The notes beneath the pieces were generated by a model that was not told where the DNA came from, ran no database searches, and was given only the letters and a program-made list of their open reading frames with translations. Shown here piece after piece: positions 35,601 to 46,259 of a stretch of 64,000 nucleotides of DNA. The stretch's first letter is position 1; every line of letters starts with the position of its first letter. Both the position numbers and the translations under genes were made by a program. The stretch is from positions 399,255 through 463,254 of the forward strand of contig RQSC01000015.1 of the NCBI GenBank assembly GCA_013416795.1, given 5' to 3'. Origin of the DNA: Prasinococcaceae sp. CCMP 1430 (taxonomy: Eukaryota > Plantae > Prasinodermophyta).

Positions 35601-36430
35601 AGGCGCGGCTGGTCGCGTCGGTGGAACCCGACATGCTTGACACGTATCCGATGGAGGTGCAGGAAGAGGAGACCGGCGAGCACGCCGCTCGATGCTTTCC
35701 GTGGGGGCGGAGGGGAAGGGGGCGCGTGAGGCCGTGGGCAGGCGAGGAGCGCTGGCAGCGGCAGAGCGCACCTTACATTGTCGGCGGCCTGGGCCCGCAC
35801 TCGATGAAGGAAAAGGCGGCGACCCTCTCAGGCATCGCCCCTAGGCTGGCGAAGGTGGCTGCCGCCGCCGCTGCCGCCACCGCGGCTGTGGGCGGCGAGG
35901 CACCGCGCGGCCCTCGCCCGCCCGAGGAGGTCTTGCGCCCGCACCAGGAGTCGGGGCTGGCACCCTCAGCTCGCCTCAGCAAAGCCAGCGAGGAGGGCAT
36001 GGACCGGGTGACGTTTGGCAAGTCGCGCATCCACAAGTATGGCGCATTCGCCAAGCGCAAGATCAAGCGCGGCGAGATCGTCGCCGAGTACAAGGGCGAG
36101 TACGTGCGGGTGGCGGTGGCGAATGCACGAGAGCGCAAATACCGCGCGAAGGACATCGACTGCTACCTCTTTCGCGTTGGTGAGGACGTCGTCATCGACG
36201 GGACGATGAAAGGCTGCGGCTGCAGCAGGCAGATCAATGCGAGCTGCGAGCCGAACATGTTCGCGCGCATCGTGGACTCGGAGTCAGGAAGGCGCGTAGT
36301 ATTTAACGCGCTGCGCGACATCGAGGCCGGGCAGGAGGTCACGTACGACTACCGCTTCGACGAGGAGGACAGCGATGCCAAGGTCGCTTGCTACTGTGGC
36401 TCCGAGAGGTGTCGGGGCACTCTAAACTGA
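32696..36430 (+). CDS. Trithorax/ATX-like histone methyltransferase (SAND-like, PHD, extended PHD, Tudor-like, SET, post-SET); intron 33878..34015
   Basis: PSALEKHVG...KKWK (SAND-like), CGVC...CDGC...HQNCY...WLCRAC (PHD), CVLCP..GGVLKPT..WAHVLC, GKSRIHKYG, YDYRF, CYCGSERCRGTLN. GTGAGT-TAG phase 0 intron. The start codon is uncertain. Confidence 0.85.
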
Positions 36431-36695
36431 GGCGCGAACGACTCCCTGTGCCTGCCGCCCCTTCAAGTTCGTTCGCGCGCGACCTGAAACTCCGCGCACA
36501 CGTGCGCGGGCCTAGGGACTCTGTAATCAACTTGCCGACATCAAGCCCGCGCGCTTGCGGCGCGGCCAGAGCGCGCGGCTCCACGTCCGCAGGTGCAACG
36601 TCACTGTGGTACATGCAAAGGTGGGATAACGCGCATGAAAAGGCACAACTTGTGAGGCAGCTGCTGCCGCATGTCCGCGCCAACACTGCTCGCGC

Positions 36696-39600
36696 TCACT
36701 GAGTACTGCCTGCGGCCTCTGCGGCCGCACCGCTCAGGGGACCACCCGCAGCGGTCTCTGCGAGCACCGTCGGCGAGGGCGCGGTCGGCACCTCCGCGCC
36801 GCCGGCTTCAAGGTCGCTCTCGTCGCTGGCCTCGCGGTCATCCTCTCGTAAGTCGCCCTCAGCCGCCTGGGCGGCCGACTCCTCGTACGCCTCCTCTGCG
36901 CCTTGCGACCTAAAGGACCTATTGAGCATCCTCTCGCGCCTCAGCTTGGTCTCCAGTCTCTCCTTCAAGGTCAGGGTCATGCGATTCTTCTTGTGCACGC
37001 GTGCCTTGGCCTCGAGCTCCTGCTGCAGCATTTTGTTGGCGTAGAAGGTCGCCTCGCGCGCTGAGGCCGCAGCCTCGGCCTCTCCAAGATGCGAAGCCTG
37101 CTCGGCGGCCACGCTGCTCGCGGCGTTGTGACCGTCCACGATGCAAGTGTCGAGGCGAGCGCGGTCGGGTGCGGTCGCCCGGACGCCCTCGGCTTCGAGC
37201 TCGGCTTCGATGTCTTGCCAGACCTCCCCGCGGCGGAGCGCCGCATACGCGCGCACACCAACGAGCGTCGCTCGTTGTGATGGGGCCAAGTACGATAGTT
37301 CCGCATCATCGAATCCGACAAAGACAGCGTACACGCGCATGAGCAGATCCACCGATCCCGCGGCGGCCGCGATGGCGGCTGCCCCGGATGCGCCAATGCC
37401 GAAAGCGCCCACGGCACCACCGCTCGCGGGCGAACCCGCCGCGGAGCGCGACGCGCTGCCCGGGCGCGAAGAGGAGCCAGTGCTCGCCGCCGCGCCGTAC
37501 ACACCAATCGCAGCAGGTGGCCTCGCTACCGCGAGAGTGGCGTCGCCCGCCAGAGGCTTGTCAATCCCCGCGAGCGTTCCCCCGTCGTTGCGCATGCCAC
37601 GGACGCTCTCCTCTGCCTCCCACAACGCCAGCACCATGTGCGCCGCCGAACGGCCTGTGCGCTCAGAGCGCCACGAGTGGAAGAGCTCGCGCGCGGGTGC
37701 ATAGCCGAGTACGTCGGCCAGACACGCCAGCGCAAGCGGGGCGTGCTCCGCAGCGCCTGCCTCAAGCAACGCCAGCAACGCCGTGAGGCCACCGCCGGCG
37801 ACGAGCCGCGCGAGCGAGCGGCGCTCGGACGCGACCGCAGCCCAAACCAGGTCGATTGCAGCGAGAGCGCGCGCGCTGGGCAGCGTCGCATCCATTCCCG
37901 TGAGCACCGTGAGCTCAGCCGCCAGAAGCGAAACTCCTCCGGCTGCACGAAACCGCGCACGCGCATCTGCCGCCGCCGCGCGCACTGGCGAGCGGCAGAG
38001 CCTCGCTACTAGCTGTGCTGCCTGGCGCCTCTCGGTGTCCGGCGCGGCAACAGGGGCACCGGCGCCGCTGCCAACGCTGCCACCCCCAGCGAAGATATCG
38101 AGCGACACCTCCACAGCACCTGCGTCGACTAGCGGTAGTGCCACGTCGTCAATCGCCGCCAGCGCGCCCAGCAGGCGCATCCCGCTGCCGCCTCCACCCG
38201 GCTCGGCGGCGCGCGCTGCGGTCGCCCGGATGGCAGCCGCAGGCGCGCCCGCCGCCAACACCTCCGCTGTGCAGTGCGGTGCGAGAGCGCAGAGCGCCAG
38301 TGCGGCATCGCCCGCGAGCGCTGCCAGCTGGGGCGGCGTCAGCGAGCCGTCACACCGACGCGCGGGCGGGCTGTCTGAGCTCAGATACGCCACCAGCACG
38401 CGCGGCACCAACGATGTCGCGACGGCCTCACGACATGCCACGTCGCGCCTCGCGAGGGCAGTGCAGAGGCTCCACGCCAGGGGTTTCAGCTCGAGGTCGT
38501 CGTCGTCGCGAGTAAGACAGCACGACGACAGATCCGCGTAGAACTCGGATAAGGAGTCGCCCTCAGCCAGCATATTCGCGCGCAGCGTCGCCTCCGGCGC
38601 CGTCGCGGCCACGAGCGCGAGGCGCAGCGCACCGCTCTCCCTCAGCGCCGCGCACGTCGCGCTCGCCGTCGTCTCCGTCGCGCTACGCCGCGCATCCAAG
38701 TCTGCGGCGTCCTCATTTGCGTTCACCGCCATGCCCCGTGGGCTGTTCGCGCCCCCCTTGGCCAGCAAGCCCATGATAACGAATCCCTCATTGCGCAGTT
38801 CCTTGTCGCGACGGCGGAAGCCTGCACCGGGCTGCGCGAGCAGCGCCCCCGACGCGAGGCGCACGGCGGCTGCGCACACGGAATCGTCGAGCTCGGCGCT
38901 CGCGCCTATCGCATCCACCGCATCGGGTCTCCCCTCGACACGCGCGAATGGGGCCGCGTCCAGCAAATTCCACAGCAGCTCAGCGCCCATGTAGACGACG
39001 GACGAGGACACGTCAGGCGCCTCGTTGATGAGCGCGGCCACCGCGCGCACGGCTCCGGCCGCCGCAGCTTGGCGTGCGCTCGGCGCATGGTATGAGAGCT
39101 GCAGGAGCGCGTCCACCAGAGTCTCGCAGAGCGACCCATCCGCAACGCAACGCGCTCGCTCGCCGCACACGGCCGCCCGCAGGCCACCCGCGAGGGGTGC
39201 GGCGATCCCGGAGCGGCACACGGCGAGCTGTGACGTGCAGTACAAGCGCGCATCGGGGCCTGCGGCCGCTATGCCGTCGGCGACCACGCTGGCCTCGAGT
39301 GCCTCCGCCGTTTCTGTGGGCGAATCACCGCCCGGGGGACGCGTGCCGTATCCGCTCGCGATGTTGGCGACGGAGCCGGCGCACGCGCGCAGCAGCGGCG
39401 AGAGCGCGTGGAGCTCGTCGACCGACGCGCTTTCGAGTCCCTCGAACACTTCGCCCATCGCCGTGAGCAGCTCCGCCACTGCCGGCAGGTGTCGCAGGTC
39501 GTCAGTCGCCGAACGCCGCACAAACGGCGCCGCTCCCAGCGCGTTCGCGAGTCCCGCCACGCCGCGCACCAGTGCGCCACCGCCTCGCTCGGGGCCCGCC

Positions 39601-40106
39601 CGCACGGCACGCAGCGCAGCGCTCAAGACAGCCGTCACCGAGGGCAGCTCCTTCACAGGGAATCCCTCGCGCGAGTGCACGCGCACCAGCCGTTCCATCG
39701 CGGCCGTCTGTCGCGGAACTATCGCCGGGGACGGAGACGGGGCGCCGCTCCCACCGAGCGCGAAGAGCGCCTCGAGCTTGGCGTAGTCAACGGACACGGG
39801 CGAATTTGGGCGTGGGAGCGTTGCGAACGCGCCGCTGACCGACGCCGACGTCGCCCCTGTCCCAACCGCACTCCTGCACAGGGTGCCCGGCGCCATCGTA
39901 ACGCCGGCGGGTGCCCCCCCCGCGAGCATGGCCAGCGCGTCCATCTCGCCGAGGCCGGCCATCCCGTCGCCCGCCCTGTGCTCCAACGCGCCCGTGGCCG
40001 CCGTGGCCGTGCCGCCAAACGCCGCAGCGGCGGAGGCATGCGCGCCAGCGGACGCGCGCGCGTGGACGACCGCGGGCGGCGACGCCGACACCATTGCGGG
40101 AGCCAT
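36696..40106 (-). CDS. CFAP69-like ARM-repeat flagellar protein
   Basis: Single long ARM-like ORF with FRRRDKELRNE and C-terminal GEVWQDIEAELEAEGVRATAPD plus coiled tail, recalled as CFAP69-like. Confidence 0.6.
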   Translation of the reverse strand: MAPAMVSASPPAVVHARASAGAHASAAAAFGGTATAATGALEHRAGDGMAGLGEMDALAMLAGGAPAGVTMAPGTLCRSAVGTGATSASVSGAFATLPRPNSPVSVDYAKLEALFALGGSGAPSPSPAIVPRQTAAMERLVRVHSREGFPVKELPSVTAVLSAALRAVRAGPERGGGALVRGVAGLANALGAAPFVRRSATDDLRHLPAVAELLTAMGEVFEGLESASVDELHALSPLLRACAGSVANIASGYGTRPPGGDSPTETAEALEASVVADGIAAAGPDARLYCTSQLAVCRSGIAAPLAGGLRAAVCGERARCVADGSLCETLVDALLQLSYHAPSARQAAAAGAVRAVAALINEAPDVSSSVVYMGAELLWNLLDAAPFARVEGRPDAVDAIGASAELDDSVCAAAVRLASGALLAQPGAGFRRRDKELRNEGFVIMGLLAKGGANSPRGMAVNANEDAADLDARRSATETTASATCAALRESGALRLALVAATAPEATLRANMLAEGDSLSEFYADLSSCCLTRDDDDLELKPLAWSLCTALARRDVACREAVATSLVPRVLVAYLSSDSPPARRCDGSLTPPQLAALAGDAALALCALAPHCTAEVLAAGAPAAAIRATAARAAEPGGGGSGMRLLGALAAIDDVALPLVDAGAVEVSLDIFAGGGSVGSGAGAPVAAPDTERRQAAQLVARLCRSPVRAAAADARARFRAAGGVSLLAAELTVLTGMDATLPSARALAAIDLVWAAVASERRSLARLVAGGGLTALLALLEAGAAEHAPLALACLADVLGYAPARELFHSWRSERTGRSAAHMVLALWEAEESVRGMRNDGGTLAGIDKPLAGDATLAVARPPAAIGVYGAAASTGSSSRPGSASRSAAGSPASGGAVGAFGIGASGAAAIAAAAGSVDLLMRVYAVFVGFDDAELSYLAPSQRATLVGVRAYAALRRGEVWQDIEAELEAEGVRATAPDRARLDTCIVDGHNAASSVAAEQASHLGEAEAAASAREATFYANKMLQQELEAKARVHKKNRMTLTLKERLETKLRRERMLNRSFRSQGAEEAYEESAAQAAEGDLREDDREASDESDLEAGGAEVPTAPSPTVLAETAAGGPLSGAAAEAAGSTQ

Positions 40107-41317
40107 GTCGACTCAGCCAGCGCGCCCGGTCACCGCTCGACAGACGGGCGCGGGCGCCCCGCGGGCGCCCGCCCACGCCGCGTTGGGCGTGCACGGGCGC
40201 GCAGCCCAGTGCAGCGCACCGACCCCCTCGCGCGAGGCGCTCGCCTCCCCACCCCCTCACCCCTCGCCTGCTCCCAATTCCCCCGCGCGCGCGAGGCGCG
40301 CGGGGGCTCGCGCGCGCTATGGCTCCCGCCTTCCGGTGCGTCCGTTCATCCCCTTCCCTCGCCGGTGGCCCTCCTTCAGCCCCACCCCACGCCTCCGTCC
40401 CCTCCCGCCCCCACGCACCCCAGGCGTTTATCCCTCTGCCCCCCCCCCCTCGCGCTGGCGCGCGGGCGCGGACGCCTCGCCCGCGCCCGCGCCCGCACCA
40501 CCAAACCAATTCAGGCGCCCGGCCGCGGCCGGTCGGTCGGTCACTACTCACTCATCGCACCGCTCGCTCGCCGGCCGCAAGCCAGGCCACCCGGCCAGCC
40601 GGTCCATCCAGGGCAACGCCGCGCGCGCGCGCGCGCTCGGGGAACGCGCGCCGGTTCCCGTTCCGGCGCGCGCCACCACACCCAAACCGCGGAAGAACCC
40701 AGCACAAAATCCACCCAAAACATCATCACAACGCATCAAACGACAGAGTATGCACGCGCACACGCCCCCGTCATCCGCGCTTTTTGCACGCCTCGTCAAA
40801 GAGCTCGCGTCGTCGTCCCTCATCACTCACCATCACGCGAAGCGCGTCGTGCGTGTGCTCCACATGACTACACCGTGGGTCAATGTGATATTCATTCAGG
40901 TGGAATGTCACACCCATTTTGACACATCAACAGGCGTCGTGCGTCGTGCGTGTGCTTGTGCTCGCAACTGTACGTAGGTTTGGGTTGGATGGGGTTTTGG
41001 GGGGTTGGAAAGTTTATTAGGGTTATGCTTTTTTGAGGGTCCGCAGCGGCGTCCGTTTTCGCGCGCGGCGCGGCGGCGGGGGGGCGCGGTGGGTGGCGCC
41101 GCCGGCGCCAGGCGGTGGCGGGGGGGGGTGTTGGAGGGCAGGGATCGGAGCGAGAGGAGGGGCGCGGTGCCCTTGCCGCTGCGCCCCGGGGCGCCTACGC
41201 GCCAGGCGCGCACGGCGCGGCGTGTGCCCCCCGGGGAGAAGGAGACTTGGGCAGTGGTGGTGGTGGTGGTGGTGTGTGTGTGTGGGGGGGGGGGATAGGG
41301 GGTGCTAATTAGCAGCG

Positions 41318-42084
41318 ATGGGCAACGCCGCCGAGCCGGCGCCGCAGCGCGTCGGCGGCGCGGGCGACGCCAACGCGGACGACCGCGAGGTGCACTGGCG
41401 CGACGTGGCGACCAAGCGGGAGCAGGACCTGACCGAGGTCAGGGAGTTCGTGCCAAGGTGCGCGCGCGGCGCCGCTCCCGAGACCCCCGCCCCCATCCAC
41501 CAACTTTTTCCCCTCGAACATTCGGCCCCTTTTCACCAAGGAAAAACAAAAAAAACGCCAGCTGGGGCGAAACGGACGCGCGCGCGCTGGGGCGGGGCCG
41601 GCACGCCGGATGCGCCCCCCCCCGCCGCGCGGGGTCCCGCCTCCGCGCGCCACGGAGCGGCCACGCATCAGAAAACGTTCAGATGTGCGCCCCGCCGCCG
41701 GTTGGGTGGGGCGGACGCACGTGCGGCGCGCGCTTGGGGACGGGATGGGGCACGCGCGAGCTCCGCAGCGCGGCGCGGCCCTCCCCAGTTTTTTTTTTTT
41801 TTGTGGCGCGCGTCTGTTCGCGCGGCACTCCCGCGGCTCCGCGGCGAGTGGCGGCCGCGCCGGGCGCCGTGCCACGCCGCTGGCCGCGTCGCGCCGACCC
41901 ATGCCATCGCATCGATCGATCGCTGACGCCACCGGCCTCGATCCCCCCCCCCCACCCACCCCACACACACCACCACTTTCCCCATCGCCCTCCCTGCCCT
42001 GCTTCGCGCAACAGCGACGACGAATCCGAGTCGGACGTCGAGTATGAGGAGGAGGAGCCCGGCTGCCGTTGCGTCGTGCAATAG
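41318..42084 (+). CDS. Small (69 aa) putatively lipidated protein, MGN... start and C-terminal CRCVVQ CaaX; exons 41318..41457 and 42015..42084
   Basis: AG|GTGCGC donor at 41458, GCTGAC branch-like motif and CAG acceptor at 42014 give an in-frame join ending ...EEEEPGCRCVVQ*. Confidence 0.5.
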
Positions 42085-42723
42085 GCCATGCGATGCGGCG
42101 CAGGTGCGAGCGTCTCCGGAGGCGGGTGGCGAGGGCGGGGGACCCGGCGCTCCCCGCACGCACGGCGCTTGCAAAGTGGATGGGATGGGAGCGACGCCAG
42201 CGAGCACGCGTTTGCGGCCCGGGCTCGCGTGCCGACGCATGCGCCGCGCTGCAGCCGAGCGGCTCCGCTGCGCGCGGCGCGCTCCTGCGAGGCGCATGCC
42301 GACTCCCGCAGCGTGCGCTGCCCGACGCGGCGGCAGCGCGCGCTCGAAGCTCGCGGTTGGGACGCCGCCCATCTCGCGTCGTCGCGTGGGACTCAAAGAC
42401 CTCTCGGCTGGCCATTGCCACGCCGGGACGAAAGTAATAATATCGCTTGGACGCGCTAACGGAGCGGCTCGCCGCTACCGCCAGCACGTGCGTGCGTGCG
42501 CGCGAGCGCAGCACGCGCCCGGACAGCGCCCGCCCGAACGTCGCGCGGGCGCACTGCGCTGGGGCGCCTGGGCATGCGCAGCCCAGGCACATCGCGCACG
42601 TGTTGCGAAGTGCAAAGACGTGGCCGCAATGAAGCGGCCGGGCCGTCTCGCTGGACGCGCGCCTCGTGCGCGCGATTTGGCACGGGCCACTCCTCGGCAC
42701 TGACACACAAAGCTCTTGTTCGC

Positions 42724-44130
42724 TTACATTCGCTGCCGCATGTCCTCCACGCCAAGCTTGAGCCACTCCGGCGCGTACGGCCCGAGCGTCTTGGCATTAC
42801 GCATGAGCACTTGCTGCAGCTCGTACCACTCATCGGTCCCCGGCATCGCCGTGCGTGAGCCAGCCTGCATGAGCAGCGACGCGTCGCCGCCGGCCCCGCC
42901 GTGCACGAGTCCCTGCGTGTCCACGGCCGCCAGCGCCGCGCCGCCCAATGCCGTGAGCTGCTGCGCCTTTGACGTCTTGACGTACTCGAAGAAGGCCTTG
43001 ACTTTGTTGCGGTACGCGGCCTTGGCAAGCTCGTCCGCGTCGAAGTCGATGTGTTCGTTGCAGTCGAGCACCAGCGCGGGGACGTTGTTCAGCAGGTCGG
43101 GAAGAGAGGCGTTGTCGTTCCCGAGGTACAGCACGCTGTCTGCGATGTCCGACGGCAGCCCGCTGTTGCCGGCGCCGAACCCAGCGCCGGGCGACACGGC
43201 GAGGCGCTCGTAGCCCTCGGGCACGCCGCCCGCGGGGAAGAGCACCTGCCTGCGCTCCCGCTCATTCCTCGAGTCCCTGAACCACTCCTCGTGCTTGTCG
43301 TGCAGCCCCTGCAGGTACTCGTGGCTGACTCCCGCCTCCTCGCTGCGGCCGCGGTTGGCCAGGCGCTGCAGGCACGTGTCGGGGTCGGCGCGGAGGTAGA
43401 TGAAGGCGTCCGGAACCAGGCCCGGCATGGCCGACACCATCGGGTCGAACCACGAGTCGTAGAGCTCCAGTTCCATCTCGTTCATCCATCGCGCCTCGTG
43501 CACGGCGCGAACGAAGACCATCCGGTCCGAGAAGACGCTGCGCTCGAGCAGGCGCAGCGGCTTGGCGCTGCTGGCGCGGCTCTTGCTTTCCTGCAGCGCG
43601 CGAGTCACGAAGACGTAGTTCTGAAAGGTGTACGCGTAGCGCTCGGGTTCGTCGTAGAAGGCGTCGAGCATGTTGAACTTGCCCGAGCCGAGCGCCTGCC
43701 AGCTCTCAACGGGCTCGGGCACAATCTGCACGAGCTCCTGCAGCTCCACCTCGTGCCCCTCGAAGATCTTCTTGAGGAAGGTCGTCTTGCCCACCGAGAT
43801 GTTGCCCTCTACGGCGAACGTGATGCGATCGGCGGCGGAGATGCCAGCGGAGAGCGTCCCCGCCTTGTCGGCCTCCTCTGCCTTGGAGGCGATGTACTCG
43901 GCAATGTTTCTGCAGTGGGATTTGTGCACGATGCCCACGTCCTCCGTGAGGAAGGACACCATCGTCCTCGTGTTGGCGCCGATCGACGCGTCCGCGAAGC
44001 GCGCCTCGAGCGCTGCGATCGAATCCAGGCCCTTTGCCACCAGCAGGGCCTCGTTCTTAGCGCCAACGCCAGGGATCTTCTTCAGGTCGGTGGCGCCACT
44101 CGCGCCCCCCCTGCTACCACCCGCGCCCGC
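42724..44130 (-). CDS. Deoxynucleoside kinase (dCK/TK2 family) with N-terminal helix-hairpin-helix; 5' end in or near gap
   Basis: LKKIPGVG (HhH), EGNISVGKTTFL, VPEPV..W, YTFQNYVF.TR, LLERSVFSDRMVF, FIYLRADP..CLQRL..RGR.EE. Confidence 0.88.
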   Translation of the reverse strand, partial: AGAGGSRGGASGATDLKKIPGVGAKNEALLVAKGLDSIAALEARFADASIGANTRTMVSFLTEDVGIVHKSHCRNIAEYIASKAEEADKAGTLSAGISAADRITFAVEGNISVGKTTFLKKIFEGHEVELQELVQIVPEPVESWQALGSGKFNMLDAFYDEPERYAYTFQNYVFVTRALQESKSRASSAKPLRLLERSVFSDRMVFVRAVHEARWMNEMELELYDSWFDPMVSAMPGLVPDAFIYLRADPDTCLQRLANRGRSEEAGVSHEYLQGLHDKHEEWFRDSRNERERRQVLFPAGGVPEGYERLAVSPGAGFGAGNSGLPSDIADSVLYLGNDNASLPDLLNNVPALVLDCNEHIDFDADELAKAAYRNKVKAFFEYVKTSKAQQLTALGGAALAAVDTQGLVHGGAGGDASLLMQAGSRTAMPGTDEWYELQQVLMRNAKTLGPYAPEWLKLGVEDMRQRM

Positions 44131-45222
44131 GGCCGCCCGTGCGCACGCGCGCCGCCGTGTGTGCGTGTGCGCACGCGCGCGCGNNNNNNNNNNNNNNNNN
44201 NNNNNNNNNNNNNNNNNNNNNNNNNNNNNNNNNNNNNNNNNNNNNNNNNNNNNNNNNNNNNNNNNNNNNNNNNNNNNNNNNNNNNNNNNNNNNNNNNNNN
44301 NNNNNNNNNNNNNNNNNNNNNNNNNNNNNNNNNNNNNNNNNNNNNNNNNNNNNNNNNNNNNNNNNNNNNNNNNNNNNNNNNNNNNNNNNNNNNNNNNNNN
44401 NNNNNNNNNNNNNNNNNNNNNNNNNNNNNNNNNNNNNNNNNNNNNNNNNNNNNNNNNNNNNNNNNNNNNNNNNNNNNNNNNNNNNNNNNNNNNNNNNNNN
44501 NNNNNNNNNNNNNNNNNNNNNNNNNNNNNNNNNNNNNNNNNNNNNNNNNNNNNNNNNNNNNNNNNNNNNNNNNNNGCTGCGGGTCCGTTCCGGGCCCGGG
44601 CGCCGCCGCCGCGCGCGCGCTCGCTCGCGCGCGCGCGCGCAGATTTTTTCACGCCGTGAAAAAGCGCCGCAGCGAACCCGCGGCATCCGCGCGGCGCCCG
44701 AAGGCTCGAATGACACGCGCGCAAATTGGAACCCGTATAGAAGAAATGGATTCAACACGCTGGATTCCATACGGAGGGCGCTCCCAGCCCCCCCCGGGCC
44801 CGCCGTCAACCGCACGACCCCGCCGAATAAAAAAAAAGAAAACGCGCGTAAAATAAAAGAAAAAGAAAAAAAGAAAAAAGAAAAAGAAAAAAGGGGTGAA
44901 AAACCGCTCGACCCCGCCGAATAACAAAGAAGAAAACGCACGCAAAAAAAGAATGAAAAAGAAAAAAGAAAAAGGGCGTGAATAACGCTCGATCCCCGCC
45001 GAACGAAAGGAAGAGAGCGCACGCGAAAATAAAAAACAGAAAAAGAAAAAGAAAACAAGAGGGGGTGAAAATCCGACCGTTCGCTCGTGCGCGCAGGGCG
45101 GGGCCGCGGCGCCCCCCCCCCCCTTTTCATTCGGTGGGACGTCGAACCTTTTTCTCTTTTTTTTTCACATGTAAGTTTGACACATAAGAAACAGTCCAAT
45201 TCCTCCCTTTTGTCTTTCTCTA

Positions 45223-46152
45223 CCTCTTAAAATCTAGTTTTTGACAAGTTCGTCAACATCGACATTCAGGGGGCGGCGGCGGCTAGGGGTGGGCGCGTGT
45301 GAGGGCGCCCGATGGTTAGGGGGGCGCCATGGATGTTGGGAGAGCGCCTGCAATGCTCGTGGGACAGCCCATGTTTGCATGGGTGCCGCCAGGCGCTACA
45401 CGGCGCCGCGGTGTTGTGGACCCAGAACTGTGCATCGAAATCTAATTTTTGACAGTTTGTCAACATGGTGGGCAGATGCCGGCGGCGGCGCCCATTTATC
45501 GCCCCCCCGGCCCGTTTGAGCGGCGACAGAGCCACTGTGGGGGGTTGGGAGGACGCCGCACGCGCGGGCCAGACTTGGGGGTGGGAGGGGGGGCGCTGCG
45601 CCGCGCTTGAAAAGTAAGTATCACTCGCCTCCCAAAACGCGCCCCAAAACAAATGTTTTACAGTTTGTGAACCCAGCATGCCCGTATCAAAATACATTCA
45701 AATAGTAAAGTCAAAATGCATGTGGAAGAAAAATTTTGTTGGTAGGGACCCCTCTGTGGGCACGCGGGCGCGGCAGCACCAGCCCCCCCTGTGCCCAGGG
45801 ACTGCGCCGGGGGGCGATACGCACCTCAGGGGCGTAGAACTGAGGCGCTCGCCGTGCCCTGGAAGGCGCCATGCCGCCCCCCCGAGGGGTGCAGCCCCTA
45901 TGTTGACAAACTGCGCGTGCGCAAAATGGCGCCGCGGCATGGACCTCCAATTTTTCGCGCTGTCGCAGCTGCGGCGTGACTTGGCCGGCAGCGGCACCGA
46001 TTAGTGCGCCGGAAAGCTCTGCTCGAGCGCTGCGCATTGAGCCTATTTTCGGGTCCGCATGAGGCCGACCGGGCGGGTGTCCGGGCCAGTAAGGGTTGAT
46101 GTTGACAAAGTGTCAAATTTTAGATGGGTGTCAAAAATTAGATTTTAACAGG
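45223..46152. mobile_element. Non-autonomous TIR element (MITE-like, 930 bp) flanked by TA
   Basis: Left TIR CCTCTTAAAATCTAGTTTTTGACA (45223..45246) vs reverse complement of 46129..46152, 22/24 identical. TA at 45221-22 and 46153-54. Internal copies of the TIR core at 45438, about 45900 and about 46100. No transposase ORF. Confidence 0.65.
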
Positions 46153-46259
46153 TAGTGCTCTTTTTTTGTTGCGGGTCCATTTTTTGCGACATTTTGGCGC
46201 CATTTGAAGGGTTTCAAAAAAATATAAGCGGGGCGGCAGAGCGAGGGCGCGGGGGAAAC

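Noticed and set aside
4998-44924. Many long overlapping Arg/Ala/Pro-rich ORFs and ORFs spanning N runs
   Set aside because: Expected shadow ORFs in very GC-rich DNA, or artefacts of translating gaps.
44820-45060. A-rich purine tract
   Set aside because: Low-complexity intergenic sequence with no consistent period or RNA gene signature.
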